Assembly (NCBI GenBank): GCA_021738625.1
Contig: JAIPBS010000015.1
Coordinates: forward strand, 1 to 64,000
Reading direction: 5' to 3'
DNA: 64,000 bases
Origin: Bacteroidales bacterium
GTDB taxonomy: Bacteria > Bacteroidota > Bacteroidia > Bacteroidales > JAIOZK01
The position numbers and the translations under genes are program-made. The notes beneath the pieces are model-generated. The model did no database searches. It was not told the DNA's origin and worked only from the letters and a program-made list of their open reading frames with translations. Below, piece by piece: positions 1-9,766 of this stretch; within the stretch, counting starts at the first letter, position 1; each line of letters starts with the position of its first letter.

Positions 1-12
1 AAATTTTCCTTT

Positions 13-350
13 CGCTGGCGCGGATTTTTAATATAGGAAAGTGTCGGTTACTCAGAACCCGTTAGCTGGCATTAGCTGGCGCGGATTTGCAATCCGTGCC
101 TATTTAGTTTTCCGGAAAGTGGTCCGATTACTCAGAACCCGTTGAACATTGATCAACCTCATTCCCAAGTAATCGGATCACTGAACCCTTGGAGTTTAAT
201 TGCCTGGAAAGTGACCCGTTCACTTGCACTGGCCGGTTGATCAAAGCAATTGACCTTTGCGAGTGAACGGATCACTCAGCGGAGACAGATTTCTGGCAAT
301 GAAACAATTGAGCAATCAAACAATCGAACAATCGAACAATCCAAAAAAAT
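13..350. repeat. Degenerate direct-repeat array (about 76-95 bp period) plus short palindromes and a CAATCGAA tandem repeat, upstream of padR
   Basis: 'gctggcgcggattt' occurs at 13-26 and 75-88. 'ggaaagtg..cgrttactcagaacccgtt' occurs at 37-63 and 113-143, and 'ggaaagtgacccgttcac' at 207. Inverted pairs 'ccgattact/agtaatcgg' and 'cccgttcactt/gagtgaacgg'. 'caatcgaacaatcgaacaatcc' at about 317-345. Confidence 0.5.
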
Positions 351-491
351 TTAGACCGATTCCAGACAAGGGGTTTACTAATTTGGGTACCAATTATTTA
401 CACAACCACAAGATACCTTGCAAAAACAATTAATAAAAATATTTTAGTACCTTGTGTTGCATAGTACTATTTTCTGTTATATATTTGCCGC

Positions 492-827
492 ATGAACACA
501 GAAAAACAAAAAGCACAAATGCGGAAAGGCGTCCTTGAATTATGCATTCTTTCATTGATTGCTGAAAAGGACGTGTACGCATCCGAGATCATCGATCAAC
601 TGAAGGATGCCAAACTGATCGTGGTGGAGGGAACCCTTTATCCCCTGCTCACGCGCCTGAAAAACGAAGGACTGACCGCCTATCGCTGGGAGGAATCCAA
701 ATCGGGCCCCCCTCGAAAATATTATCAGATCACCGAAATCGGCAACAAAGTGCTGGAAGACCTTAAAAACGGATGGACGGCGCTTGAAGATTCAGTTAAC
801 AGTATTGTAAAAAAAAGCAAAAAATAA
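492..827 (+). CDS. PadR family transcriptional regulator
   Basis: The 111 aa product has a winged-helix PadR signature (KGVLELCILSLIAEKDVYASEIIDQL..GTLYPLLTRLKNEGL) and lies 8 nt upstream of a PspC-domain gene, the usual PadR-PspC pairing. Confidence 0.85.
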   Translation: MNTEKQKAQMRKGVLELCILSLIAEKDVYASEIIDQLKDAKLIVVEGTLYPLLTRLKNEGLTAYRWEESKSGPPRKYYQITEIGNKVLEDLKNGWTALEDSVNSIVKKSKK

Positions 828-834
828 ATATTCA

Positions 835-2430
835 ATGAAGAAAACATTCACAATCAACATCAGTGGGATCATTTTCCATATTGATGAAGACGCCTATAAC
901 CAGTTAAACAATTACCTCGAAAATGTCAAGCGGCATTTCAGGGATTCGGAAGGCGGGGAAGAGATCATCAACGACATCGAATCCCGGATCGCCGAAATCC
1001 TCAGCGAAAAGCTATCTGATACCAAGCAGGTGATCACCATCAACGACATCAACCAGGTGATCGACGTGATGGGGCAGCCAAGCGAGTTTGCTGAAGAGGC
1101 GGAAGATACCAAAAATGAAAAACAATCTTCACAACAAAAAGAACAATATTACACGCCCCACAAACGGTTGTTCCGCGATCCCGACAACAAAGTGATCGGC
1201 GGGGTTTCATCAGGTATTGCGGCATATTTCAACATCGATCCTTTGTGGATCCGGCTGCTTTTCCTGATTACCTTATTTGCAGGCGGCACCGGCATCCTGA
1301 TCTATATCATTCTCTGGATCGCCATGCCCGAGGCGCGTACCACTTCCGATCGTTTGCATATGCGGGGCGAGCCCGTCAATATCAACAATATTGAAAAATC
1401 CATACGGGAAGAGTTTGAAGACCTGAAAACCAGAATCAACGATATTTCGGACCGGGCAAAAAGTTCTTACAAAAAAAAAAGAGACGGTGGGCAAACGTTT
1501 TTTGAGAACCTGCTGAATCTGTTTGTCGATGTGCTGAGGATATTCGGAAAAGCCCTTATCATCTTGATAGGTGTGGTGGTTGTGATCATTGCATTGTCGT
1601 TGCTCATCCCCTTTCTGATGATGCTGTTTGGCGCGGTTCCGCCCGTCTGGTCCGAGGGAAGCGATATCATCGCTTTTTCCATTCCCTACATGGCAAACAT
1701 GATCCTGGGTCCGGGAAGCAGTAATGGATTGTTTATTGCCGCATTGATCCTGTTTATCGGGATACCGCTGTTCATGCTCCTTTATCTGGGCATAAGAGTG
1801 ATCTTCAGGTTGCCGCGCACTCGCTTTGTGGGCGTCTCGGCTCTGGCACTATGGATCGTTTCCCTGATCTTTATGTCGTACTATACCATGAAGGTAGTGA
1901 GCGATCTAAAGTATGAAGGAGATTATAAAAGCACGGTTTATTATCAGATGCCCGCGAACGACACCCTTTTCCTTGAAATGAACAACAATATGCTTGATCA
2001 GGAAGAACGCGGTTATGTTTTTCTGGATACCGATGATGGCAAAATCGTTTTCACGGAAGACGAGCAAATGATGATTGCCCCCGAACTCAACATAAAAGCC
2101 TCCGAAAACGACAGCATCGAATTCATCGAGGAAAGGTCGAGCCGGGGTCGCAGCCCGATGGATTCTAAAACCTATGCGAGAAATATCCTATACAACTACA
2201 CGTTCGAATCCAACACCCTGACATTTGATAAATACATGGGTATTGAAAAAGATGAGCCCTTCCGCGGACAGGAACTGGACATCCTGGTAAGGATCCCCGT
2301 CGGAAGTGTGGTTTACATTGAAGAAGAACTGGAAACCCTGCTCGACTGGTGGCATTTTAACGACCCCTGGCAAATGGGCGGAAAATACTGGACCATGACC
2401 AAAAAGGGCTTGAAAGAAGAAAGGGAATGA
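835..2430 (+). CDS. PspC domain-containing membrane protein
   Basis: Conserved PspC motif (RLFRDPDNKVIGGVSSGIAAYFNIDPLWIRLLFLI...ILWIAMPEA) followed by several transmembrane segments and a C-terminal extracytoplasmic region. Confidence 0.8.
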   Translation: MKKTFTINISGIIFHIDEDAYNQLNNYLENVKRHFRDSEGGEEIINDIESRIAEILSEKLSDTKQVITINDINQVIDVMGQPSEFAEEAEDTKNEKQSSQQKEQYYTPHKRLFRDPDNKVIGGVSSGIAAYFNIDPLWIRLLFLITLFAGGTGILIYIILWIAMPEARTTSDRLHMRGEPVNINNIEKSIREEFEDLKTRINDISDRAKSSYKKKRDGGQTFFENLLNLFVDVLRIFGKALIILIGVVVVIIALSLLIPFLMMLFGAVPPVWSEGSDIIAFSIPYMANMILGPGSSNGLFIAALILFIGIPLFMLLYLGIRVIFRLPRTRFVGVSALALWIVSLIFMSYYTMKVVSDLKYEGDYKSTVYYQMPANDTLFLEMNNNMLDQEERGYVFLDTDDGKIVFTEDEQMMIAPELNIKASENDSIEFIEERSSRGRSPMDSKTYARNILYNYTFESNTLTFDKYMGIEKDEPFRGQELDILVRIPVGSVVYIEEELETLLDWWHFNDPWQMGGKYWTMTKKGLKEERE

Positions 2431-2440
2431 TTGTCAGTGC

Positions 2441-2467
2441 CAGAGACGTCCAATTTGGGCGTCTCTG
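2441..2467. terminator. GC-rich hairpin between convergent genes, a possible terminator
   Basis: cagagacg(tcc aatttgg g)cgtctctg sits between the PspC gene (+) and the SDR gene (-). No clear U-tract follows. Confidence 0.3.
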
Positions 2468-2534
2468 CATAACCCCCGTAATCATTCACCAAATAATAGC
2501 GGCACACCGTTCGCCAGTCCCGGGCAATCCCCCA

Positions 2535-3320
2535 TCAATACCTCTCACAAATCTCCATCAAACGGTTCACCATTTCCTTATCCTTCAAAAAGTTGTCGGA
2601 TGATTCCTGCCGGTGCTCAAAATATTTTCCGCTTACGCCTTTCAATTCCTCGGCGGTCGCTGCCCATACGGGTGTATCCGCACCCTGGTCGGGGGACTCG
2701 AAACCGCCGTAGCCCAGGTTATTGCTCAACTTTGAATTAACATCACCGGGATGAACAGCGTTTACGCTTATGCCCTTGTCTTTCAACCGTTCTGCAAAGG
2801 CGCTGCTCAGCATGCGATCGGCCTGCTTGCCGGCGCGGTAGGCCGTATCGTTATCGTATGGGCGGTCTTTGAACTCGGGATCGTCCAGGTCGAGGCCCCC
2901 GGCCCAGTAACTGGCCACATTCACGATGCGGGCGTCTTCCCGCCCTTCCATCATGGGATGCATATATTTGATCATGCGGTAGTAGCCCAGCACATTTGTC
3001 GCCCATTGCATTTCAACGCCTTCCTTGTTTTCCTCCCGCCTGCGGGGCGTGGTGGAAGCATTGTTGACGAGTACATGCAGCGGACCGTTCCATCTTTCCG
3101 AGAGGGCTATAATGGATTGTTCCTCCGAAAGATCGACCAACTCGAAAGTGACGGCTCTGTTGCCGCTTTGTTGAATGATTTCCTCAACCGCCCTTTGCAG
3201 TTTCATCTTATTTCTTCCGGCCACAGCCACCTGGTAATCCTTTTCGGCAAGTTGTCTGCATATGGCCTGACCAATGGCGCCGTATCCTCCGGTAACCAAT
3301 GCTGTTCTTTTTTGTTCCAT
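2535..3320 (-). CDS. SDR family NAD(P)-dependent oxidoreductase
   Basis: N-terminal TGGYGAIGQAI Rossmann motif with the length and layout of a classical short-chain dehydrogenase. Confidence 0.85.
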   Translation of the reverse strand: MEQKRTALVTGGYGAIGQAICRQLAEKDYQVAVAGRNKMKLQRAVEEIIQQSGNRAVTFELVDLSEEQSIIALSERWNGPLHVLVNNASTTPRRREENKEGVEMQWATNVLGYYRMIKYMHPMMEGREDARIVNVASYWAGGLDLDDPEFKDRPYDNDTAYRAGKQADRMLSSAFAERLKDKGISVNAVHPGDVNSKLSNNLGYGGFESPDQGADTPVWAATAEELKGVSGKYFEHRQESSDNFLKDKEMVNRLMEICERY

Positions 3321-3418
3321 AACATCCTTGTTTTATTGATGATTTTTTGTTTGAGGAAATCTAAATTTACAAAATGTATTCCTTTCCACTAAAATTATCA
3401 AACCCGCATTGATTACAT

Positions 3419-3688
3419 TTGTTTAAACTTATGATTATGGATACAACAGATATCATCGGCGCAGCCGGGGTGGGACTTTTGTTGCTGGCATATTTGCTAT
3501 TGATGATGAAGGTCCTCAACAGGAACGACAATGTTTATATCGTGATGAATTTGCTGGGTGCCTCCATTGCATGTTACGCATCGGTGCTGCTCGAATATAT
3601 GCCCTTCATCATCCTTGAAGCATTCTGGGCTCTGATCGCTCTGGCGGCCTTGATAGGCAATTTATCGAACGGCTGGATCAGGCGATGA
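3419..3688 (+). CDS. Small membrane protein (CBU_0592-like family)
   Basis: 89 aa with two or three predicted transmembrane helices; resembles the DIIG..G..LLL.AY.LL ... IE.FWA.I small-membrane-protein family. Confidence 0.5.
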   Translation: MFKLMIMDTTDIIGAAGVGLLLLAYLLLMMKVLNRNDNVYIVMNLLGASIACYASVLLEYMPFIILEAFWALIALAALIGNLSNGWIRR

Positions 3689-3771
3689 TAAAGGATTTGT
3701 TTTTTTTTATTTAGAAAGATTTTAAGTAAATTTGTGATCGCTTGATCAGGATGTAAATGAAATAGAAACGC

Positions 3772-6231
3772 ATGATGAAAAAGAATGAAACCGTAGCAGA
3801 ACCCAAAATAAAAAACAAAAAATCAACCGGAGCCAAAACCGGATTCAACAAGGAAGAAGTCCTTAATGATTACCGCATTGCCAACGAGAGCAGGCAAGCC
3901 AGCCTGATCGGAAGGCGTGAGGTGCTGACAGGAAAAGCCAAGTTCGGGATTTTCGGCGATGGGAAAGAGATCCCGCAACTGGCTATGGCCAGGGTTTTTA
4001 AAGAAGGCGACTGGCGATCGGGTTATTACCGCGACCAGACCTTCATGTTTGCCGCAGGGATGATGACCCTGGAAGAATTCTTTGCTCAATTATACGGCGA
4101 TACCGACCTCAAATACAATCCCCAGACAGCAGGCCGCATCATGAATAACCACTTCGCCAACCGCACCCTGGATGACAAAGGCATGTGGAAAGATCTCAGC
4201 GCGATGAAGAATTCCGCCGCCGACACCTCCCCTACCGCCAGCCAGATGCCCCGTTTGCTGGGACTGGCCGCAGCGTCCAAATCGTTCAGGAACATCTCCG
4301 AACTTAAAGATTTTAAAAAATTCTCAAAAAAAGGAAATGAAGTCGCCTTTGGAACCATAGGCGACGCCAGTGCCGCCGAAGGCCATTTCTGGGAAACCAT
4401 CAATGCCGCCGGGGTATTACAAGTTCCAATGGCGGTTTCTATTTGGGATGATGGATGGGGCATTTCCGTGCCCAACAAATACCAAATCACCAAATCGGAC
4501 CTGTCCGGTGTATTGAGAGGGTTCGAAAAAGACAGCAATAATCAAGGATTTCTCATCTTTAAAGAAAAAGGATGGGATTATCAGGCCCTGATCAGCATGT
4601 ACGAAAAAGGCGTTGAGGCCTGCCGCAAGGAACACATCCCGATCATCTTTCACATCACCGAGCTGACCCAGCCGCAAGGACATTCCACCTCCGGATCGCA
4701 TGAGAGATACAAATCAAAAGAGCAGCTAAAGTGGGAAGAAGAACACGATTGCATCATAAAAATGCGTGAGTGGATATTGCATAAAAAAATCGCTGCAGCC
4801 ATTGAGCTTGACGCCATAGAAAAAGATGCGGCGAAAGCAGCAAAAGATGCGCGCAAAAAGGCATGGCGGAATTTCCTGGAGCCCCTTCGCAAGAAACAGC
4901 AGGAATTTGTGGACATGGTTGATGTAACTACCTGTAATTGCGCCAAAACCGCCAAGATCGAAAACATCAAAAAGGAACTTGCCCGCGTGGGTGAGCCCAT
5001 TCGTAAAGACATCATGTCGTCGGGAAAGAAGATCCTGCGTTTGATATGCAACCAGTGCAGCGATCCCACCAACTCCCTTAAAACCAATGTAACCAATTGG
5101 CTGAACAAGGAAATGGAAGAAGGACGTGAAGCATACAACTCCCACTTATACAGCGAATCTGAAGAATCTGCCCTGAAAGTCAGGCATGTAAAACCCGAAT
5201 ACGAAGAAGGAAAAAACAACACGGTTCCCGGCAGGGAAATCCTCCAAAGGAATTATGATTACATCCTGAAAAATTATCCACAGGCTCTGCTTTTTGGTGA
5301 GGATGTTGGAAAGATCGGAGGGGTGAACCAAACCGCCGAAGGCCTGCAGGAAAAATACGGAGAGGAACGTGTTTTCGATACCGGCATACGCGAGGCCACC
5401 ATCATCGGACAGGGCATAGGCATGGCCATGCGCGGACTAAGGCCTATCGCCGAAATCCAGTATTTCGATTATTTGCTTTACGGATTGCAGGTGCTGAGCG
5501 ACGACCTGGCCACATTGCAATACCGCACACGCGGCGGACAAAAGGCCCCGTTGATCATCAGCACGCGCGGTCACCGCCTGGAAGGCATCTGGCATGCCGG
5601 CTCGCCCCTCAGCATGGTGATCAACTCCATTCGCGGAGTGCATGTGCTGGTGCCCAGAAACATGACACAGGCCGCCGGGTTCTACAACATTATGATGCAA
5701 AGCGATGAGCCGGCCCTCATCATTGAACCCCTGAACGCATATCGTTTGCGTGAAAAACTACCCACCAACATCGGGCAGTTCACAACGCCTATCGGAAAAC
5801 CGGAGATCCTTAAAGAAGGCCGCGACATTACCCTGGTAACTTATGGCTCCTGTGTCCGGATCGCTCAGGATGCCGTTGAACAACTGCAGGAGTTCAGCAT
5901 TGACGTGGAACTGATCGACGTGCAATCCCTCCTGCCCTTCGACCTGGATCACGCCATCGTTGAATCGCTGAAAAAAACCAACAAGGTATTGTTTTTCGAT
6001 GAGGACGTGCCGGGTGGTGCAACCTCCTATATGATGCAAAAAGTGATGGAAGAACAAAAAGGATACTATTTTCTCGATTCCGAGCCGCGCACCCTCACGG
6101 CAAAAGCACACAGGGCGGCTTATAGTACCGACGGGGATTATTTCTCCAATCCCAATGCCGAAGATGTGTTCGACAGGGTGTATAACATCATGCATGAAAA
6201 CAATCCTTATAAATACCCGAAAATATTTTAA
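3772..6231 (+). CDS. Fused 2-oxoacid dehydrogenase E1 component, alpha/beta subunits (TPP-dependent)
   Basis: 819 aa. The N-terminal half resembles E1 alpha (TPP-binding); the C-terminal half has the transketolase-like pyrimidine-binding and C-terminal domains of E1 beta (GEDVGKIGGVNQTAEGLQEKYGEERVFDTGIREATIIGQGIGMAMRGLRPIAEIQ). Confidence 0.8.
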   Translation: MMKKNETVAEPKIKNKKSTGAKTGFNKEEVLNDYRIANESRQASLIGRREVLTGKAKFGIFGDGKEIPQLAMARVFKEGDWRSGYYRDQTFMFAAGMMTLEEFFAQLYGDTDLKYNPQTAGRIMNNHFANRTLDDKGMWKDLSAMKNSAADTSPTASQMPRLLGLAAASKSFRNISELKDFKKFSKKGNEVAFGTIGDASAAEGHFWETINAAGVLQVPMAVSIWDDGWGISVPNKYQITKSDLSGVLRGFEKDSNNQGFLIFKEKGWDYQALISMYEKGVEACRKEHIPIIFHITELTQPQGHSTSGSHERYKSKEQLKWEEEHDCIIKMREWILHKKIAAAIELDAIEKDAAKAAKDARKKAWRNFLEPLRKKQQEFVDMVDVTTCNCAKTAKIENIKKELARVGEPIRKDIMSSGKKILRLICNQCSDPTNSLKTNVTNWLNKEMEEGREAYNSHLYSESEESALKVRHVKPEYEEGKNNTVPGREILQRNYDYILKNYPQALLFGEDVGKIGGVNQTAEGLQEKYGEERVFDTGIREATIIGQGIGMAMRGLRPIAEIQYFDYLLYGLQVLSDDLATLQYRTRGGQKAPLIISTRGHRLEGIWHAGSPLSMVINSIRGVHVLVPRNMTQAAGFYNIMMQSDEPALIIEPLNAYRLREKLPTNIGQFTTPIGKPEILKEGRDITLVTYGSCVRIAQDAVEQLQEFSIDVELIDVQSLLPFDLDHAIVESLKKTNKVLFFDEDVPGGATSYMMQKVMEEQKGYYFLDSEPRTLTAKAHRAAYSTDGDYFSNPNAEDVFDRVYNIMHENNPYKYPKIF

Positions 6232-6242
6232 ACCATAAAACC

Positions 6243-7565
6243 ATGAAAACCAAATTGCTTCCCATTTTGGCTTTTTTGATTTCATCAGGCATAGGTTTCG
6301 GGCAGGAGCCGCTTTGGCAAAACGATTCTACACTGATCTATGAATTTGACGGAGTGAATGATTCCACTCCGAAACAGAAAAAACTTTATACCCAGGATTT
6401 CAACATCCGGCAATACATAACTGTGGATTTTGATTATAATAACGGCTGGCAACCTACCAGGAAAACCGTCGAATTGCAAAACGAAGACGGGAACAGTTTG
6501 CTGATAACAGGCTATGTTTATGATGAGGACTTGCAGGATTTCAGGAACAACTGGAAAAATGAATTTATTTACGAGGCTTCAGGAAAGGTCGCTGAAAGAT
6601 CAACCTATAGTTGGGATGTCATGAATTCGATCTGGAAATACAGCTCAAAATATGAATACAGTTACAATATCCATGGAGACAAGATACTGCAGCTTCAATA
6701 CAAAGGCAGTGGACAAAACTGGGTCAAAAAGGAAAAAGACACCCTGATTTATGACGATAATCAAATCATCCGGGAAAGGATCACGCATCAATGGCAAGCC
6801 ATATTTCAATACTGGGAAAAAGAAAGCCGCCTGCTTTATTTCAACAGTGAAAAAGTCACCGACAGCTTGTATGAATACTATGCATTGAATGATGAATGGA
6901 TGCTTGATGAAAAAACAATTTACACATACGAGGACAGTCTGCTGATTGGCGCCCACACATACAGTTTTGAAGATGAAACATGGAAAAACCTGACCATGAC
7001 CAATTATGATTATGATCAAAGCAACCACATCATCCTGAATGAACAATATGCCTGGTACCCCGACCTTCAACAATGGCAGGGACTATACAAATTCACCTAT
7101 GTTTACAATTTCGACAACCTGTTATCCAAATCCTTCTCCTACAACTGGCATTCGGAGGAAAACGAATGGATCAACAGCCGAAAAAGCAACTTTACCTATG
7201 ATGAAAACAGGCTGAATATAATTCTGGAGACATATCTCTGGAACCTTATATTTGAAGAGTTTGAGATCAACCTTAAGGTTTTTAATTATTTTACCGATGT
7301 CGCCTCGGTTGACGAAAAACTCAACCGATCGGAACTGGCCGTGATCTATCCCACCATTTCGAACGGCAGTTTTCATATACTTGCAGAAAACGGAGTTTCC
7401 CCGCTGTTGATGGAGATGTTTGCAACAAACGGCAAACTGATCAAGAATCAATCGCTGAAGCCAGGGCTGAACACCATATCGGTCGGGAATCCCGAAAAAG
7501 GTATTTATATCTTGAAACTCCATTCAGGCAATAATAGCCAGCACGACAAAATCATCATTAGATAG
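6243..7565 (+). CDS. Secreted repeat protein with T9SS C-terminal sorting domain
   Basis: N-terminal signal peptide, internal aromatic-rich repeats of about 45 aa (W/Y-rich), and a Por/T9SS-type C-terminal domain (...IYILKLHSGNNSQHDKIIIR). Confidence 0.6.
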   Translation: MKTKLLPILAFLISSGIGFGQEPLWQNDSTLIYEFDGVNDSTPKQKKLYTQDFNIRQYITVDFDYNNGWQPTRKTVELQNEDGNSLLITGYVYDEDLQDFRNNWKNEFIYEASGKVAERSTYSWDVMNSIWKYSSKYEYSYNIHGDKILQLQYKGSGQNWVKKEKDTLIYDDNQIIRERITHQWQAIFQYWEKESRLLYFNSEKVTDSLYEYYALNDEWMLDEKTIYTYEDSLLIGAHTYSFEDETWKNLTMTNYDYDQSNHIILNEQYAWYPDLQQWQGLYKFTYVYNFDNLLSKSFSYNWHSEENEWINSRKSNFTYDENRLNIILETYLWNLIFEEFEINLKVFNYFTDVASVDEKLNRSELAVIYPTISNGSFHILAENGVSPLLMEMFATNGKLIKNQSLKPGLNTISVGNPEKGIYILKLHSGNNSQHDKIIIR

Positions 7566-7572
7566 AGCTACT

Positions 7573-7725
7573 ATGGAAGAAACTATACAATTGCATTTCA
7601 ACAGCAGGGAAGAATGGAGAGAATGGTTAAGCCAATACAATGAAACTGCCGATGGAATTTGGCTTGTTTATTTTAAAAAGCACACCGGCAAACCAACTGT
7701 AACGCAGGATAAATTTGGTGGTTGA
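7573..7725 (+). pseudogene. Truncated YdeI/OmpD-associated (DUF1905-like) family ORF fragment
   Basis: The 50-aa ORF MEETIQLHFNSREEWREWLSQYNETADGIWLVYFKKHTGKPTVTQDKFGG* matches the N-terminus of roughly 190-aa YdeI-family proteins and stops just before the conserved EALCFGWID region. A hairpin follows (ggcatga..tcatgcc). Confidence 0.45.
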
Positions 7726-7836
7726 ACGTGCGGAGAAGAACCTCAAACCGGGCATGATGTGAACCGGTTCATGCCGTTTTGAAAGTTTTATAAAAAACCC
7801 GGCCGAGATAAACAGGTCGAAATTTATTCCTTACTT

Positions 7837-8799
7837 TTGAAATCAATAAGAAATAAATTCATAATCAAAATCATGAAAACAATTAAAATTCTCGTACTTT
7901 TCATCACCAGCCTGTTTTTTTTCCAGGCTTGTAAAACCGACAAGATCGCACTAAAGCTCGACCTGAAAGAAGGAAAAACCTACACCATGAAAACGACGGT
8001 TAAGCAAAACATGACGCAAACCATACAGGGCAACACACAGGAGATCCAAACGGATATCACGGCTGTATTGGATTACAAAATCACCGGGCGATCGGGTGAT
8101 ACCATGTCGATCGATCTGATATATTCAAAGATGAATCTCAGCATGAAATCTCCTTTCATCAACATGGCGATCAACAGCGACCAGCCCCAAGAAGGCAATG
8201 TGATGTATGATATCATTTCACAACTCATCGGCCAAAAGATCAGCCTGAAGGTGCTTAACACCGGTGAGGTGGTTTATATGAGTGATTTCGGGGAGGTGAT
8301 GGATGCGATACTGGAAACGATACAACTTCCCGAAGGATACAATGAAGATCAAATGAAGCAGCAGTTCAACCGGTCTTTTGGCGAAGGATCCATTGCCGGC
8401 AATTTTAAACTGATGTTTGAATATTTGCCTGAAAAACCTGTAAAAGAGGGTGGAAACTGGGAAACAACCACTGAAACGGATTTCATGATCAAAGGGCTTT
8501 ATGAAAGTGAATGGACCCTGAAAGAGATAAAGGACCGGATCGCTGTGATTGAAGGTGAAACGGATATCACTGCCGAGAGGACAGCTGTCGAAACCGGCAT
8601 GCAGCAGTTTCCCGTTGAAATGGAAATGACCGGCACACAAAACACGCTGCTCAATGTTGATAAATCAACCGGATGGATAGAAAGCGGAGAGGCAAACATC
8701 AAAATGGAAATGAAATTGTTTACTTCCAATCCCCAGATGGGCGAGATGGAAATCCCCATGTCGATTGATATGACTGTTCAATACAGCAGCGTTGAATAA
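7837..8799 (+). CDS. Hypothetical lipoprotein
   Basis: Signal peptide with lipobox (LFFFQAC). Acidic, Met/Glu-rich mature protein with no recognisable catalytic motif. Confidence 0.5.
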   Translation: MKSIRNKFIIKIMKTIKILVLFITSLFFFQACKTDKIALKLDLKEGKTYTMKTTVKQNMTQTIQGNTQEIQTDITAVLDYKITGRSGDTMSIDLIYSKMNLSMKSPFINMAINSDQPQEGNVMYDIISQLIGQKISLKVLNTGEVVYMSDFGEVMDAILETIQLPEGYNEDQMKQQFNRSFGEGSIAGNFKLMFEYLPEKPVKEGGNWETTTETDFMIKGLYESEWTLKEIKDRIAVIEGETDITAERTAVETGMQQFPVEMEMTGTQNTLLNVDKSTGWIESGEANIKMEMKLFTSNPQMGEMEIPMSIDMTVQYSSVE

Positions 8800-8828
8800 A
8801 TAATCAGGCAGGAATAAAACACCTCATC

Positions 8829-9710
8829 ATGAAAAGAACCATAAAGTTGGTGCTGCTTTTATGCTGTATGCTGGCTATTTTTCCCATGCAACAGCTAAGC
8901 GCCCAAAACAGCCCGAACAACAGCCTGCTTTATGGGATTTCAGGGAATGGCCTGAAAGAACCCTCTTACCTTTTCGGCACGGTCCATCTTCTGTGTCCCG
9001 ATCAACTTGAAATCTCCGAGAATGTTACAAATGCCATCCAACAAAGCGAGGTTCTGGTACTTGAAGTCAATATGAGCATACCGGATTTTCTGTCCCGTGC
9101 CCAAAAGCTCATGTATATGAAAGAAGGTCTTACCCTCGATTCGCTGTTCAATGAGGAAGAATATGAAACCCTGAACCATTATTTCAAAGACAGCATTCAA
9201 ATGCCGTTGTTCATGTTCAGGCGGGTAAAACCTTTTTTTGTGATGTCCTTTACCTTAATCGGTTTCATGGATTGCAAGCCGGCCTCGTATGAAGAAGCCC
9301 TGCTGAAAATTGCAAAACAAAACGATCTGGAGGTTATCGGGATCGAAACCGTTGAAGAACAAATGGGCATTATCGATGAGATCGAACTTGAAATGCAGGC
9401 TGATATGTTGCTTGAGAGCATCTCAAAGTATGACAGCACCAGAATGATGTACAATGAAATGATGCGATTGTACCTCTCAGGAGACATCGACGGCATTTTT
9501 ATGCTAACACAGGAATACATGAGCGACGAATACGCTGAGATAGAAATGGGATTGCTTACCGAACGCAACCACAAATGGATCCCCATTATCATGGATTTAA
9601 TTAATAAACAGCCGGCATTTATTGCAGTTGGCGCGGCGCATCTTGGTGGAAAAAACGGGTTGATTCATCTGCTCAGAAAGAAAGGATTTAAAATAAAGCC
9701 TCTGCCTTAG
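8829..9710 (+). CDS. TraB/GumN family protein
   Basis: Signal peptide followed by the characteristic LYGISGNGLKEPSYLFGTVHLL motif of the TraB/GumN family. Confidence 0.75.
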   Translation: MKRTIKLVLLLCCMLAIFPMQQLSAQNSPNNSLLYGISGNGLKEPSYLFGTVHLLCPDQLEISENVTNAIQQSEVLVLEVNMSIPDFLSRAQKLMYMKEGLTLDSLFNEEEYETLNHYFKDSIQMPLFMFRRVKPFFVMSFTLIGFMDCKPASYEEALLKIAKQNDLEVIGIETVEEQMGIIDEIELEMQADMLLESISKYDSTRMMYNEMMRLYLSGDIDGIFMLTQEYMSDEYAEIEMGLLTERNHKWIPIIMDLINKQPAFIAVGAAHLGGKNGLIHLLRKKGFKIKPLP

Positions 9711-9766
9711 CATTTGATCGTCCGATTATTTTGTATATTTATTGCCATAACCAATTCCAATGCATT

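Noticed and set aside
4086-5331. Long antisense ORFs (up to 190 aa) opposite the fused E1 dehydrogenase gene
   Set aside because: The sense strand encodes a clearly conserved TPP enzyme. The antisense frames are low complexity with no ribosome-binding context.
8073-8759. Several antisense ORFs (62-140 aa) inside the 7837..8799 lipoprotein gene
   Set aside because: They overlap a better-supported sense ORF that has a signal peptide. They have no motifs and are typical spurious antisense frames.
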